A stretch of DNA of 64,000 bases, taken from positions 29,579,182 through 29,643,181 of the forward strand of contig CM119264.1 of assembly GCA_051294375.1 (NCBI GenBank), written 5' to 3'. Positions 1-13,520 of the stretch are shown here, piece by piece; position 1 is the stretch's first letter; every line of letters starts with the position of its first letter. The position numbers and the translations under genes are program-made. The stretch comes from Paraspadella gotoi. Lineage: Eukaryota; Animalia; Chaetognatha. The notes beneath the pieces are model-generated. The model saw nothing but the letters and a program-made list of their open reading frames with translations, did no database searches and was not told the DNA's origin.

Positions 1-439
1 TTAAGTTTAAATGAAAAAAATTGTTTCAAAAATCATTTTCGAACAAATCGCGGTCAGTTTTAAATTACTATTCGATTTTCAAGGAAGGCAAAATAAGAAT
101 GTGTTATTTTGTTAAAGCCATTTAAATTTAACGTTAGAGGTCGTAAAATGGCAACTTTTCTGAGTTCAACAAAATAGCAATGACATCTTGCGAACTTATT
201 CACGAACTTGTGGACAGTTTGTACACATTGTACACTCTGAAGGCTGATGTAATTAATAATAATAAAACGGATTTTAGGTAAATTGAATGAAATTTATTTT
301 TCAATTTTGTTAATTTTTTTGATAGATAAATTTTAGTATGTACAACAGATATTATTCAAACAAATCTTAGTTTAAGAAAAAGGTCAATTTATACTAATGA
401 ACTAGCAATCTCTTTTCAAAAAAAACCTCTTTGGCGGCA

Positions 440-1215
440 AATAAGAAATCCTTTCCATTCCTTTTCCTTCCATTTCCTTTCCTTTCCATTTCTTTTCATC
501 ATTTCCATTCCATCCATTCCATTCGAACCTTTCCATTCCATTTTCATTTCCATTCCATTCTATCCTTTCCATTCCTTTTCCTACCAATCTTCCTTCCATT
601 TTCATTCCATTCCATCATTTCAATTCCATTTCCATTCCTTTTCATTATTTCCATTCCATCCATTCCATTCGAACCTTTCCATTCCATTTCCATTCCATTC
701 CATCCTTTCATTCATTATCCTTCCATTTCCTTCCCTTTCCATTCCATTCCATCAATTCCGATACTTTGTCACTTCTATTTGAACCTTTCCATTTCCATTT
801 TAATTCTATTCCATTTCCATTCCACTATTTCCATTCCATTCCATCTTTTCCATTCCTTTTCCTTCCAATTCCTTCCATTTCCTTTCCTTTTCATCATATT
901 CCATTCCATTTCCATTCCATCCTTTCCATTCTTTTTCCTTCCATTTCTTCCATTTCCTTCCCTTTTCATCATTTCCATTTCATTTTCATTCCAATCCATA
1001 ATTTCCAATCCATTTCCATTCCATTCGCACCTTTCTATTCCATTTCCATTCCATTCCATTTTCATTCCATTCCTGTTCCTTCCATTTTTCTTCCCTTTTA
1101 TTCCATTCCATCATTTCAATCCATTCCATACCATTTCCATTCCATTTTCATTCATTCATTCCAATACGTTTCCATCTCATTCCCGTTTCCATTTCGCGCT
1201 CTCCCGATTTCCTGA
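440..1215. repeat. Degenerate (TTCCA/CATTC)n pentamer satellite
   Basis: Continuous TTCCA variants; explains the F/H/S/I/P-rich pseudo-ORFs. Confidence 0.9.
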
Positions 1216-1560
1216 CTTCGATGTCGTTAACTCACCCTCGACCCCTTGACCTTACCTTTCCGTTTCTTGGCGTCCACGCGGCTCCGCCGTCACCGTAAAC
1301 GTCACCAGGAGTCGGCCAACCCATTCCGACCGTCATTGGCAGGTTCGACTCTGGGTCCGTTCGGGGAACGAGTTTGGTTCAGTTTATAATATTATATTTA
1401 TATAAATATATTATCTTATTTAATAATTATATTATATTGTATTATATATATATTAGTAATATATATCCTCTTCATTATTATTTCTTATTTGGTAATTTCT
1501 CGAGCTTGCATGACAGAAAATAAAAATTAACGAAAACCTTAACCTAATTTAAATTAAAAA

Positions 1561-2240
1561 TTTTTAGTCGCGATCTGCTTATCAGCAGATCCCGACTCTA
1601 TAACTCACTTTTTATAACTCCACTTTTTCGGTCCGTCGGTCCGCCCCCTCAATATTGTCGGGCACACACTTATATCATGTCAGAACATCGAATTATTGAT
1701 AAATTATGCAAAAAAAATGATGTCCGTCCGTCCGTCTGTCCCTGTCCGTCCGTCCGTCCGTCGTCCGTCCGTTCCCACCTTAGCAAAAAACACCAATTAC
1801 TCGTGATTGGATGGATGGATTTAAATGAAATTTTGTGTGTGGATAGGTAAGTGTGTGATTGAGCTGGATATTAGTTTTCGATGGAATCGTCCGAGTGGAA
1901 ATGAGTTTAAATGGAAAAAACAAAAAAAATATATTCACTATTTTGAACACCAATTTGCTCATGAGTGGATGGGCTGATTGACCTGGAATTTTGTATGTGG
2001 GTAGGAAAGTGTGTGAGTTAGAACAGGAAATCAAGATTCGATGGAATAGGTTTGAGTGGAAATGAGTTTAAATGGACAAAAAAACAAAAAACCTGTTTTA
2101 CTAATTGATTATGCTTCTTTTCCTTTTTATATTAAATGTATCTGCCAGATGTATTAATAAATCAAATAATTAATCAGTTAATTCATAACCAATTAGTAAA
2201 ATAAATTAATCAATAATTAATTACATTAGTCAATCAATCC
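1561..2240 (+). mobile_element. DINE-1/HINE-like non-autonomous element, family A, 5' part
   Basis: T-run, then a hairpin (AGTCG-C-GATCTGC ttatca GCAGATC-C-CGACT), a (GTCC)n microsatellite at ~1720-1772 and two tandem core units containing GAGTGGAAATGAGTTTAAATGG. Homologous to 23761-25109. Noisy extra core copies continue to ~2700. Confidence 0.7.
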
Positions 2241-5200
2241 GTCCACTTCTCCGTCCCATCTTAGCCAAAAATCAGCCTCAATTGTTTTCTCACTTTTAAC
2301 GTCCTGATTGCTGGCTGGAATTTAGGAATTAAATTTGTGTCGTGTGTGGTAGGATAAAGTGTAGTGATAAAGCCTGGGATATTAAAATACTTCGAATGGA
2401 ATCGTCGTGAGTGGATAGGTATTTCTCTAATATAAGTTTAACATGAAAAAAACATAAAAGTATCGAATTTACTACAAATCTTTTTTTTATACTTATTTTA
2501 ACCAAAATGACAATTTACTCCAATTTAATCATAATTGTACCATGGGATAGATCTGACGTTGATAATTTTGCTATGCCCACCATCAAAGTGTGGTGGAGTG
2601 GAAAACGATATGACGAAGTCCCTTGAATATAAAGTATTCAGTGGAAACCGTACCAGTGGAAATGAGTTTAAATGAAAAACAATATGAGTCACATTTTAAC
2701 TTTGAATCTCTTTATTATTATATTTTAACACCATGATTCCCTAGATTGAGATGAAATAACTTGTGCAGCTGCCGGTAGGAACTGCAGTGCAAGAAGACAG
2801 ATATCCCAAGTTGACAGAATGCCAGTTGAAAAAATTATGCAAGTTGAAAAAATATGCAAGTTATTTAAAAATTAATCTTTAAAAGCATACAGGATCGACG
2901 CTCATTGCATCAAAAAGAGAGCAGCAACGAAAGCACACGCCACCCCGACCCACACGCCCGAGAGCCGCCGCAACAGCGCCGGCGAGGCCGCCAAGCGAAA
3001 CGAGAGGAAAGGGACAACAGCGGGAGGGGAGGAGAACGAACCGAGAGAGACGGAGGAAAAGAACCCCGCAGCCCACCCCCGCACGACCCACAAACAAAAC
3101 AACAGCACCGCAACGCCCGCCACACGTGCCGCCCGCAGACCGGCGAACACACCGAGCACACCACAAACAGAACACCCGCCGCCTCGACGACACCTCGACA
3201 TGAAAAATGAAGGGAGGAAGTCGAACGCACAAACACGAACCCGCGGCCACACCCACCCAACAGGCACGAAAACCCACCCGCCACCCCACGCGACAACACA
3301 ACGACCCCCTCCACCCCGCACACCCACCCCACACACCCACCACACCAAACCCACCACCACACGACCCACACCCCAACCAACAACAACAAAACCACCCCCA
3401 CCACGACCCCCTCCAACAACAACCCAACAACAACACCCCCAACACACCCCAACACCACCACGCCAACCCAACACACCCCCACCACACAGACAAACACCCC
3501 CCGACCCACGGCAAAACAACCCCACCACCACCCAACACCCCCAAACACACAACCACCCAACACCACCACACACCCCCACAGCACCCCAGCAGAGCCCCAA
3601 CGACCCCAAAACCAACACACACACCCACACACAACAACCAACAAGCCAACAACCACACCCACACAACCCCACACACACAACCACACCCGGCACCCCCACA
3701 CCCACCCAAACCCACCCCTCAACCACAAAACCCACCACCAACAACACACAACACGAACACCAACCCCAACCCCAAAACGCACCCCCAGAACAACCCCACA
3801 CCACACGCAACCCAGACACCCCCAAAAACCAACACCAACCCCCAACACCCAACAACACCCCATATATACCACGAACCCACACCACCACACCAAACACCGC
3901 ACAACCCACGCCCCAACACCACGCACCCAACACCCCAACAGCCACCACGCACACACACACAAACGCCAACCCACCAAGCCACCGGCGACCAAAACCACAA
4001 ACACACACAAAACCCAACCACAGCCAACAAACCACCCGAACACACCATGACCACCCACACCAACCAACACAGCCCTGAGAACAGAAACACGACCCCACAA
4101 CCCACCACCACAACACACACCCACACACACAACAAACACAACAACACACGAGAGAATGTGAAGATGAGAGATAGAGAGAGTGAGAGAGAAAGGGAAGAGT
4201 GAGAGAGAGAGAGAGAGCAAGAAGGAGACATAAATAAAAAAAATCTTAAAAGACTCAAGATTCGAGCCAGAGCCCACTATCATAGAAAATTAATTTAAAA
4301 AAAAAACGGGAAAAAAAACGAATGGAATCATGCGATAACAATTGTTGATGCTACTAGTAATTTATTGATGTAATAGGAAATTGATGTATTGATTCCGATG
4401 ATAATCATAAATTATTGATGCGATGATAGTCATTCACTGCTGTTGCATGATAGTCATTCAGGTGATGCGATGATTGTCATGTGCATTGCATTGCGATGAT
4501 TTGTCAATTCATTGATGCGATGATTAGTCAATAAAACAAAACAAATGCGTGTATGCAGTGAAAGAGAGAGAGGCGGAGAGAAGAGAGCAAGAAGAGAGAG
4601 GAGAGAGAGAGTAGAGAGAGAGAGATAGAATAGAAAGAGAGAGAAGAGAGAGAAGAGAGAGCAGAGAGAGAAGACGAGAGGAGAGAGAGAGAGAGAGAAA
4701 AGAAGAGAATAAATCCAACGGAAAATCTCGATGAAAATATGGGATTTTGTATTGAAAAAAATGCGCGGAATAAATGGCAATTAATAAACAGTTTTTAGAA
4801 GGAAAAAAATAATTCAGAATTTTTCAAAAAAACAAAGATCACGCAAAAGATCGGGACATATAGCGGACAGACACACACAGAGAGACAGAGAGACAGAGAG
4901 GCGGAGAGAGAGAAAAAGAGAGAGGAGAGAGAGAGACAGCGCTCCTGGCAGAGAAAAGAGAAAGAAGAAAGAGCAGATATATAATAATTAAAAGAGAGAG
5001 AGAGAGAGAAGCTCTACAAGCCCCATTTACTCGTTTAAAGATCAGCTAAGTACTTATTGGCGCCGGCACGTACGCGTGAGACTATTCTCTACCCAAAGGA
5101 CCCGGGTCGCGCCCTTGTTCGCGGCATCGTTTTTACATTAGTGAAACCCCACATTATATCTAAAAAATTTTTGTTAAAAAAAAGACAGAGAGAGAGAGAG

Positions 5201-5624
5201 AGAGAGAGAGGAGAGGAGAGAGAGAAAGAAGCTGGACAGACGCTGCAGAAGCCGGAAACTCGTTTTTAGAAGAAGCAGTGACGAGAAAAAGAGAGAGAGA
5301 TGAGAGCGACATTATAATTTAAAACGTTTTTGTTTTTGAAATAAAACATAAACAAATACCAATATTGATATGAAAACATGCAGAATTTTAAAGATCTTGA
5401 TGATTAGGAAGCCATATATGAAAATTCAACTCCCTATGATTATCACACCTTCAGAAGCCATGATTGCAAATAAAGCGAGACCGAAGCTAAACCGAAAAAA
5501 TCTCGACAGGACGGGCTTTGCCCGCCCTGGCTCGATAATAGAGGATATTTGTTTGTTTTGATAAAATGTAAACAAAACATTTAATACTGTTCCTGGACTC
5601 AATTTTAAGGACATCGATTGATGA

Positions 5625-5763
5625 CAAGCTGAATATAAATAAAATTAATCTATTAATTAATTAATTAATCTATAATTAATTAATCTATTAATAATTAATT
5701 AATTAAATTTAATTAATTAATTATCGTAGGCAGAATCCGACATTGGTTTGCTTCAAACTTGTT
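5625..5763 (+). mobile_element. 3' end of family A HINE-like element
   Basis: TTAA-rich tract then GGCAGAATCCGAC (sub-terminal IR) and a GTTTG-CTT-CAAAC stem-loop ending CTTGTT; matches 25070-25109. Confidence 0.65.
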
Positions 5764-6184
5764 ATTTATTATGTCTAATTCAATTTTTTTATTGTCATGA
5801 AATTTCTGTTATTTCATAACGCTAACTACCCATACATAGTACACACTGCTAATGAAAAATCATTCTCTTACTACATACTTTGATCTCTCCTTCTCGCATT
5901 AACTTATTTAACTGTCTATTTAATATAACTATCATATCATTTTATTTAATGAATACCACTGTTAAATCTAAATGTTACACTATTACCACTCAACTCTGTC
6001 CAATTCTATTCCCTGATTTTCTCCTTTGATCGTCTCGTCAGTTTCAATTAATCTCGACGGAAACACAAACACAGGACGCATCGGATTCCTCCCTGCCCAA
6101 GTTTCGCCCCTCAAGATTTCCTTTTCGAGTTCCTCTTCCAAAAAATTACAGTCAACCTAAAACAACTTCAGAAAGGACAGCTCT

Positions 6185-6965
6185 CATCTCGCGCCTCTTT
6201 AATCTCGCCTCTTTAATCTCGCCTCTTTAATCTCGCCATTCATTCATTTATTATGGTAATCTCGCTCTTTAATTATCGCCTCCTTAACTCTCGCCTCTTG
6301 AATCTAACCATCCATAATACGTACTACTACCCTTCTTAACTCCTCGCCTCTTTTAGCTCCCGCCTCCTTAATCTCACCTCTTGAATGTAACCAACTTACA
6401 TTTCTACTTACTTTACAGTCTCGCCTCTTTAATAATTGCCTCCTTAATCTCGCCTCATTGAATCCTAACCATGTCTTAATTTCTCTTTTTAATCTCAGCT
6501 TTTTTAGCTTGCCTCCTTAATCTCGCTTTCTTAATCTCGCCTCTTTAATCTGACCACCTTTATTTCTTTATGGTAATCTCGCCTCCTTAATCTTGCCTCC
6601 TTAATTTTTTTTTAATCTCACCTCATTAATCTTGACTTTTTCTTATTTTTGATTTATTTCTCCTTAATCTCGACTTCTCAATTTTTTTTTCTTAATCTCA
6701 CTTCCTTAATCTCGCCTTTTTCTCAATTTGGCTTCCTTTATTTTGCCTTCTTTATTTCTTCTTTAACTCAGCTTAATCTAGCTTCCTTAATCTCGCCTCC
6801 CTAATCTCGCCCCCTAATTTTCCTTCTTTAATTTTGCTTCCTTCGTTCTTCTTCGTTTCCTTAAATTCTTCTCATTAATTTTGACTCCTTTATTTTCCTT
6901 TATTTTTTTCTTCCTTTTTCCCTCTTCAAAGATGCTTTCTTAATTCAGTCCCTTAAACTCGCCTC
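6185..6965. repeat. Degenerate 14-bp minisatellite (AATCTCGCCTCTTT/CCTT)
   Basis: Near-perfect copies at ~6187-6236, decaying downstream. Confidence 0.85.
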
Positions 6966-7308
6966 ATTTTTTCAGAAATTCTCCCACTCTGCGTTTCCCG
7001 CCTTTTTTAACCCAAAGCGACGTTGAAAATAAGAAAAATCTTTTTCTCGAAAGATGGAAAAGAAAAACTTTACCAATTTCTGTTAAGTTTCGCTTTTCGA
7101 AAAGAAATGAAATCTTAAGTTAAGCTTAATTATCCTCAAGACTCCCCCACCTTAAATTTGTCATACTCTTAACGCTTTCAAAAGTTCCTATAATTACTAT
7201 AATTACGATATAATTGCTTTTTGGTAAACTTAATTTCAAAGTTGAGCGCAACTCATTCGCTTTTCTTAGAGGAGGGGGCGCGCTGGGGGAGGGAGTGCTT
7301 TAAATCAC

Positions 7309-7368
<60 letters not shown>

Positions 7369-8129
7369 AGAGGAGAGAAGAGAGAGAGAGAGAGAGGCTT
7401 TAATCAAACCTCAATTGTTCTCTCGCACGAAGTAATCATCTCTTATTTTTCATGTTAAAGGAATTAAAATCTAAAAGATCTGAAATATATTTAAAGTAAA
7501 TCTATTTGTATTTATTTATTTAAAAACGGACATTTACCTTTTTTAAAAATGATTTATATCGTGAGTATTACTAAAATATCCATAGAAAAGAAGCCGAAGG
7601 CGAATTTTTTTTTTCTTCTCTTTCGCGATGGAATTTCACGCTTGATATGTGAGAGTCACTGGAGCGAATGGCGCCAGAAGCAGAGGGATTGCTGGAGCGA
7701 TAGAGATGGAGTCACAGAGCGATTGAGAGGGAGACGAAAGGGGAGAGGAAATGCAAGAGACGGGGTCAGAGATGGAGCGGCGTAGAAGCGATAAAGAGAG
7801 AGACGAAAATGTAGGATTGAAATGCTGGGTCAGAGACAGAAAGGCGTTGGAGCAATATGGAGAGAGACGTGAAAAGATTGTAGGAGCGAGAGCTAAGGGG
7901 AGCAGACTAAAGGTCGTTGGAGCGATGGAGATAAAGACTTGATGGAGAGATGGAGAGCTCACGCTAAGGGGCAAAGGAGCGATAGAGAGAGAGACGAATG
8001 GGGGAGAGATGGAACGATAGACAGGTCAGAACCTGAGCGATGATGAGACGAATAAGATGAGAGATGGAGAGCGTACACTGTCACTGAGGGGCAATATGGA
8101 GCTACGTATAAAGAGAGAGACGAAATGGG

Positions 8130-8137
8130 AGATAGAC

Positions 8138-8223
<86 letters not shown>
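8130..8223. repeat. (GATA)n microsatellite
   Basis: Direct observation. Confidence 0.95.
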
Positions 8224-9639
8224 TCTAACTAAGGATGAATTGATGAAAATAGAAAGAGATGGAGAGGAAAAGCGAAGGCGTGAAATCAAAAAAACGAAAA
8301 GTGTGAAACTGAAGGCGTGAAATCACAAAAAAAGCTGAAGGTTGTGAATTGAGAAGCGAAATATGAGAAAATCACAGCGTGAAAAACGATGAGCGATTCA
8401 CAGAGTGAATTAAGTTGGCCGATGTAGCGGTGAGATCGTGTTTAAAGGAGCAGGAGAAATACTGGAGTGAGGGGAGACTGGAGCGACGAGACGGAGACGG
8501 AGTGGGCGGTGAGAAAAGAGTGGGCGGAGCCGGGTGAGATAGAGAGCGAGACAAATGGATTCACCGACGAGACGTCACCCCATTTCCGGTCAAAAGGAAT
8601 TCCATTTCGAGACTGAGATCGATTGAGATCGAATGGTTAGCGTTCTCGATCTGCTCTCTCTACCTCCTCAGCAGTCTCCTCATCATGTCCCTTCCCGGTA
8701 CGCCTACGCGTCTCTCTCACCAGCCTCGTCTCTCAGGTTCGTCGTCTCTCTCTCCCGCAGCTCTCGTCGGTCTCTCGTCTCTCTCCGTCTCTTCTCTCGG
8801 TCTCTCGTCTCTCGTCGCTCTTACGGCGCTCAGAGTCTCACCAGTATGGTGAGAGTCACATGATCTCGTCAAAAAGGAGAAGCCAGTTCCGGGAGTCAAA
8901 GATGCCTTCTTTTTTTTCTCTTCTTTCTTTTTTTTTATTTTTTTATTTTTTTTCTGTTTTTCTGTTTTTATTTATGTTTTTTGGAGACGAAATAGAAAAA
9001 AGTCTTGTTTTTGTGTGACCCGAATCTTTGCCGGCGAGTGACCTAAACGAATTTGGTCTGTGAATTAAGAAAATATAACAATATATTAAAGTTAAGTTAG
9101 GTTAGTTTATCAATTAAAGCATTTTTTACTGCTGTCAAATGAGTATAACTTGTTTTAATAGTTACTTCGTTGTTTCATATTTTTTAAAACTGTATTGAAC
9201 ATGATTTTTAAGTGACGGAACTTACACATTAGGACAATTTTTTCAAGTCCCGTTAATTATAATAGTTTAAATAAAAAAACAGATTAAAAGTATTTTTTAA
9301 TTGATTCGGTTTTTATTTGCTACTTAATCTAAATAAAATAATAGGCTTTTACGCAACTTCAAATGATAACGAAAATATTATGACGCCGTCTCTACATGAC
9401 GATGCGAATGTAAACATTATGAAAACAAAAGTTTGACTTTTAATGAACAAAATTTGTTTGGGCCTTTGAATAAACTTTTAAAGATCGAACGATTTTTAAA
9501 AATAAATTTGGATGTCATACCATGAAAAGATTATTTGTTCCTTTATCTTTCTTATAAGTTATACATTATCTAGCAATAGCTATTCTTAATTTTATCCCGG
9601 TTCCGTTTTAACCTATTCTTGCCATTTTTCACTGCCGCT

Positions 9640-9775
9640 ACATCCCTACCAAAGGGACATCCCTACCAAAGGGACATCCCTACCAAAGGGACATCCCGAC
9701 CAAAGGGACATCCCTACCAAAGGGACATCCCTACCAAAGGGACATCCCTACCAAAGGGACATCCCTACCAAAGGG
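9640..9775. repeat. 17-bp tandem repeat ACATCCCTACCAAAGGG x8
   Basis: Eight contiguous copies, with one T>G variant in copy 4. Confidence 0.95.
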
Positions 9776-10854
9776 ACAACAGAAACGATACATTTTATGA
9801 CGTCAACAAAGATGAATCTTAACTTTATTATTTTTCCGTGGACTCCAATACAATGTTAATACGAATTTCTGTAATGGAATCAATTTAATTTCTCTCGCGA
9901 TGGAATATTTAGAGAAAGATGAAAGGGTTAATTTGACCCCTTGACGCGTGCACCCCCGCCAAAGGGAAGACGTGGTCACGGTTTAATGTCGTGACGTTTT
10001 CCAAGTTGACATTTTTTTTTTTTTTTTGACGCAATCGACCGAACGATGGAAAATGACGAAAGGCGAAAAAAAAAGAAGAAATTCTGGGTCTTTGCCACGC
10101 CCATAAGAAGGGCGACAGGACCGGGACGATAACGCGTCGTCGTTATCGTCGTTGTCGTCGTCATCGTCGTCGTTGTTGACGTCGTCGTCGTCGCGTGCGA
10201 TCGTCGTTCTCGTCGTCGTCGGATCCGTCGTCGTCGCGTCTGTTGCAATGGTTACGAGCGGTGCACCCGCGAGAACGTGAAAAGGGGGCGAAGCACGTGG
10301 GGAGAAGAGAGGCATCCGGAAACGCGCGGGCCGAACGAGAGAGAGAGAGAGAAGAGAGAGAAGAGAGAGAGAAGAGAAGAGAGAGATGAGAGAGAGAGAG
10401 AGAGAGAGAAGAGTGAGAGAAAAGAAAAAAAATTCAGAGAAGAGGAAGAAAAACAAAGCGAGAATGAATAACAAATGAAAGAAAAGAGAGAGAGAGAGAG
10501 AGAGAAGAGAGAGGAGAGAGAGAGAGAGAGAGAGATGAGAGAGAGAGAAGAAGAGAGAGAACAGTGAGCCTGACTTTGACAATATACCTCTCAAGGTCAG
10601 TAATCACTGGTTGACTTCCGGGATAAATGAAATATCGGTCCTCGGGCGGTGAGAGGAAGTGATGAGCGAAGGTGATAACTGCAAGGTTAGAAGAGAAGGA
10701 AGAAAACAAACGAAAAGAAGGAAGGAAAGAAAGAAAAGACGAGAGAAGTAGAGAGAGAGAGAGAGGAGAGAGAATATCGGTTTCGTCGGCAAATACGTTA
10801 CAATACAAATAATCCATCAACCTCATTTGTAAGCAGAAACTAATCTAGTTTGTC

Positions 10855-11106
10855 CATGCCTACATCCGCTCCATCCCTAACATCGCTACCAGTCCCTCCA
10901 TCCGCTACATCCCTACAGATTCGCCTCCATCCCTACATCCCTACATATCCCTACATCCCTCCATCTCCATCCCTACATCGCATACATCCTCCATCCTACA
11001 TCCCCTCCATCACCTACAATCCCCTCGCATCCCTACATCCCTACAATGTCCCTACATTCCCTCGCATCGCCCTACAATCCGCTTAACATCGCCTTACATC
11101 CCTACA
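10855..11106. repeat. Degenerate (CATCCCTA)n repeat running into a gap
   Basis: Repeated CATCCCTA/CATCCCTC units; shares the ACATCCCTAC core with the 9640 array. Confidence 0.8.
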
Positions 11107-12235
11107 NNNNNNNNNNNNNNNNNNNNNNNNNNNNNNNNNNNNNNNNNNNNNNNNNNNNNNNNNNNNNNNNNNNNNNNNNNNNNNNNNNNNNNNNNNNNNN
11201 NNNNNNNNNNNNNNNNNNNNNNNNNNNNNNNNNNNNNNNNNNNNNNNNNNNNNNNNNNNNNNNNNNNNNNNNNNNNNNNNNNNNNNNNNNNNNNNNNNNN
11301 NNNNNNNNNNNNNNNNNNNNNNNNNNNNNNNNNNNNNNNNNNNNNNNNNNNNNNNNNNNNNNNNNNNNNNNNNNNNNNNNNNNNNNNNNNNNNNNNNNNN
11401 NNNNNNNNNNNNNNNNNNNNNNNNNNNNNNNNNNNNNNNNNNNNNNNNNNNNNNNNNNNNNNNNNNNNNNNNNNNNNNNNNNNNNNNNNNNNNNNNNNNN
11501 NNNNNNNNNNNNNNAATACGAGCGGGCGGAATTTGCGGCAAGGGCGACATCTTCCAATCACTCAACGGCGGCGGCGTCTTTGTAGTTTTTCAGAGAATTC
11601 ATTCTGAAAAANNNNNNNNNNNNNNNNNNNNNNNNNNNNNNNNNNNNNNNNNNNNNNNNNNNNNNNNNNNNNNNNNNNNNNNNNNNNNNNNNNNNNNNNN
11701 NNNNNNNNNNNNNNNNNNNNNNNNNNNNNNNNNNNNNNNNNNNNNNNNNNNNNNNATCTCCGGTCTTCGCTTGTTATAATAAAAAGGAGGAAAAATCTTA
11801 ATTTTGAAGCCTTCTGCTTCATCAAACTTGCAATGCTGTCTCTTCTCCTACGAATCAACATCCGACGCGAACTTGGAAATCTTTTTCATGACTTTTCCAT
11901 GAGTCAATCGTCTTCCTTCCAGTAGAGATTCCGGGCAACTGGAAAGTTCCGATTGTTTAATTTCCTCCATATATCTGGGCCACACATGGAAAGGGTTGGG
12001 AGAAAAAGTTAAGGATCAGATATTACGTATTATTAATTATTATTTTGTTATGGATTTGGTCATGAGATATGTGTTTAATACTAGAATTTAAATTGGGGCA
12101 AGAATCAGAAACGGGACGCTTTCGGGAAATAGCGCCCTCTTCTACATTGATGAGAGCCAAATTCTGCCACGTCGTTCTCATTTCCCGAATCGAGTCTCGG
12201 GCATTAGCTTGTGACGTCGTCTTAAAAATAAATAG

Positions 12236-12316
12236 GCCATTCTGGAGATTGCCATTCTGGAACTTGACATTCTGGAGATTGCCATTCTGGAGATTAACAT
12301 TCTGGAGATTGCCATC
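12236..12316. repeat. 15-bp tandem repeat CATTCTGGAGATTGC x~5
   Basis: Direct observation. Confidence 0.9.
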
Positions 12317-13488
12317 ATCAATACTTTGTCTTTGATGTAAAATTCACTGAACGACGACAAACGATGACGACGACGACGACGATGACGACGAACGNNNNNN
12401 NNNNNNNNNNNNNNNNNNNNNNNNNNNNNNNNNNNNNNNNNNNNNNNNNNNNNNNNNNNNNNNNNNNNNNNNNNNNNNNNNNNNNNNNNNNNNNNNNNNN
12501 NNNNNNNNNNNNNNNNNNNNNNNNNNNNNNNNNNNNNNNNNNNNNNNNNNNNNNNNNNNNNNNNNNNNNNNNNNNNNNNNNNNNNNNNNNNNNNNNNNNN
12601 NNNNNNNNNNNNNNNNNNNNNNNNNNNACGACGACGACGACAATGACGACGAACGATGACGACGGCGGACATCCCGGATCAACGAGGAGATTAGCCCCGA
12701 ATTTCTCGCGGTTTAAGATTCACATCATCGCGGCCAAAAAAGGGTGACAGCAAGCAGCAGCAAGAAGCAGCAAGCACTTTCGGATTGTTCTTATAAAAAA
12801 AACAAGGTAAGTTCTCAACCGCGTATGAATTGACTGTGAATTAGTAGAAACAAGGTGGTAGTTGTCGTTGTGGTTGATCTTGTTGTTGTTGTTGTTGCTC
12901 CCTAACTTAAAAAATTCCTCATCATTTTCGTCGTCATCATCGTCGTCGTTCGTCGTCGTTCGTCATCGTCGTCATCGTTTTCGTCGTCATCGTCGTTATT
13001 CATCGTCATCGTCGTCTTTCCCCTCAAATTACGCGTCTATTGAATTTCTTGCCGATGGAGGGCGTCCTCGTTTCGGCGTCGAATGACGAGGAGGCGTGGC
13101 AATGACGCTGGTGGTGAATTTGTAGAGGTTGTTGAGTTACCGACTAGAAGTTGACCATACTGAGACCCAAGTCCTCTCACTATATAGAGAAAATATGTTG
13201 ACAAAGTTGGTTGAAAAAGTTCGGAATGGAACCGAGCGAAAGAACTTTTTTCGCGCTTGGTATCTGAATGAACCCGCGTGCGCTTGGTCCGTCTCCGACT
13301 TTTCCCGGGTCGAATTTTGATGGGCGTGGCCGAAGCTCCCTTTTTCACGGGTCATGTTGACGCGCGACCCTTCCCCGGGCGTCGATGCGATCTTTGCGCA
13401 TGAGCGAGGGATTGCGGCGGGGGCGGCGGCGGCTGCGGCGGCGNNNNNNNNNNNNNNNNNNNNNNNNNNNNNNNNNNNNNNNNNNNNN

Positions 13489-13520
<32 letters not shown>

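Noticed and set aside
431-1249. 272-aa hydrophobic ORF
   Set aside because: It is the translation of the TTCCA satellite.
2879-4283. Long overlapping ORFs (up to 457 aa; Pro/Thr/His-rich or Gly/Val/Cys-rich)
   Set aside because: Aperiodic C/A-dominated sequence almost lacking T on the plus strand, so stops are absent by composition. It is embedded in noisy sequence and is probably a base-calling artefact, not a mucin gene.
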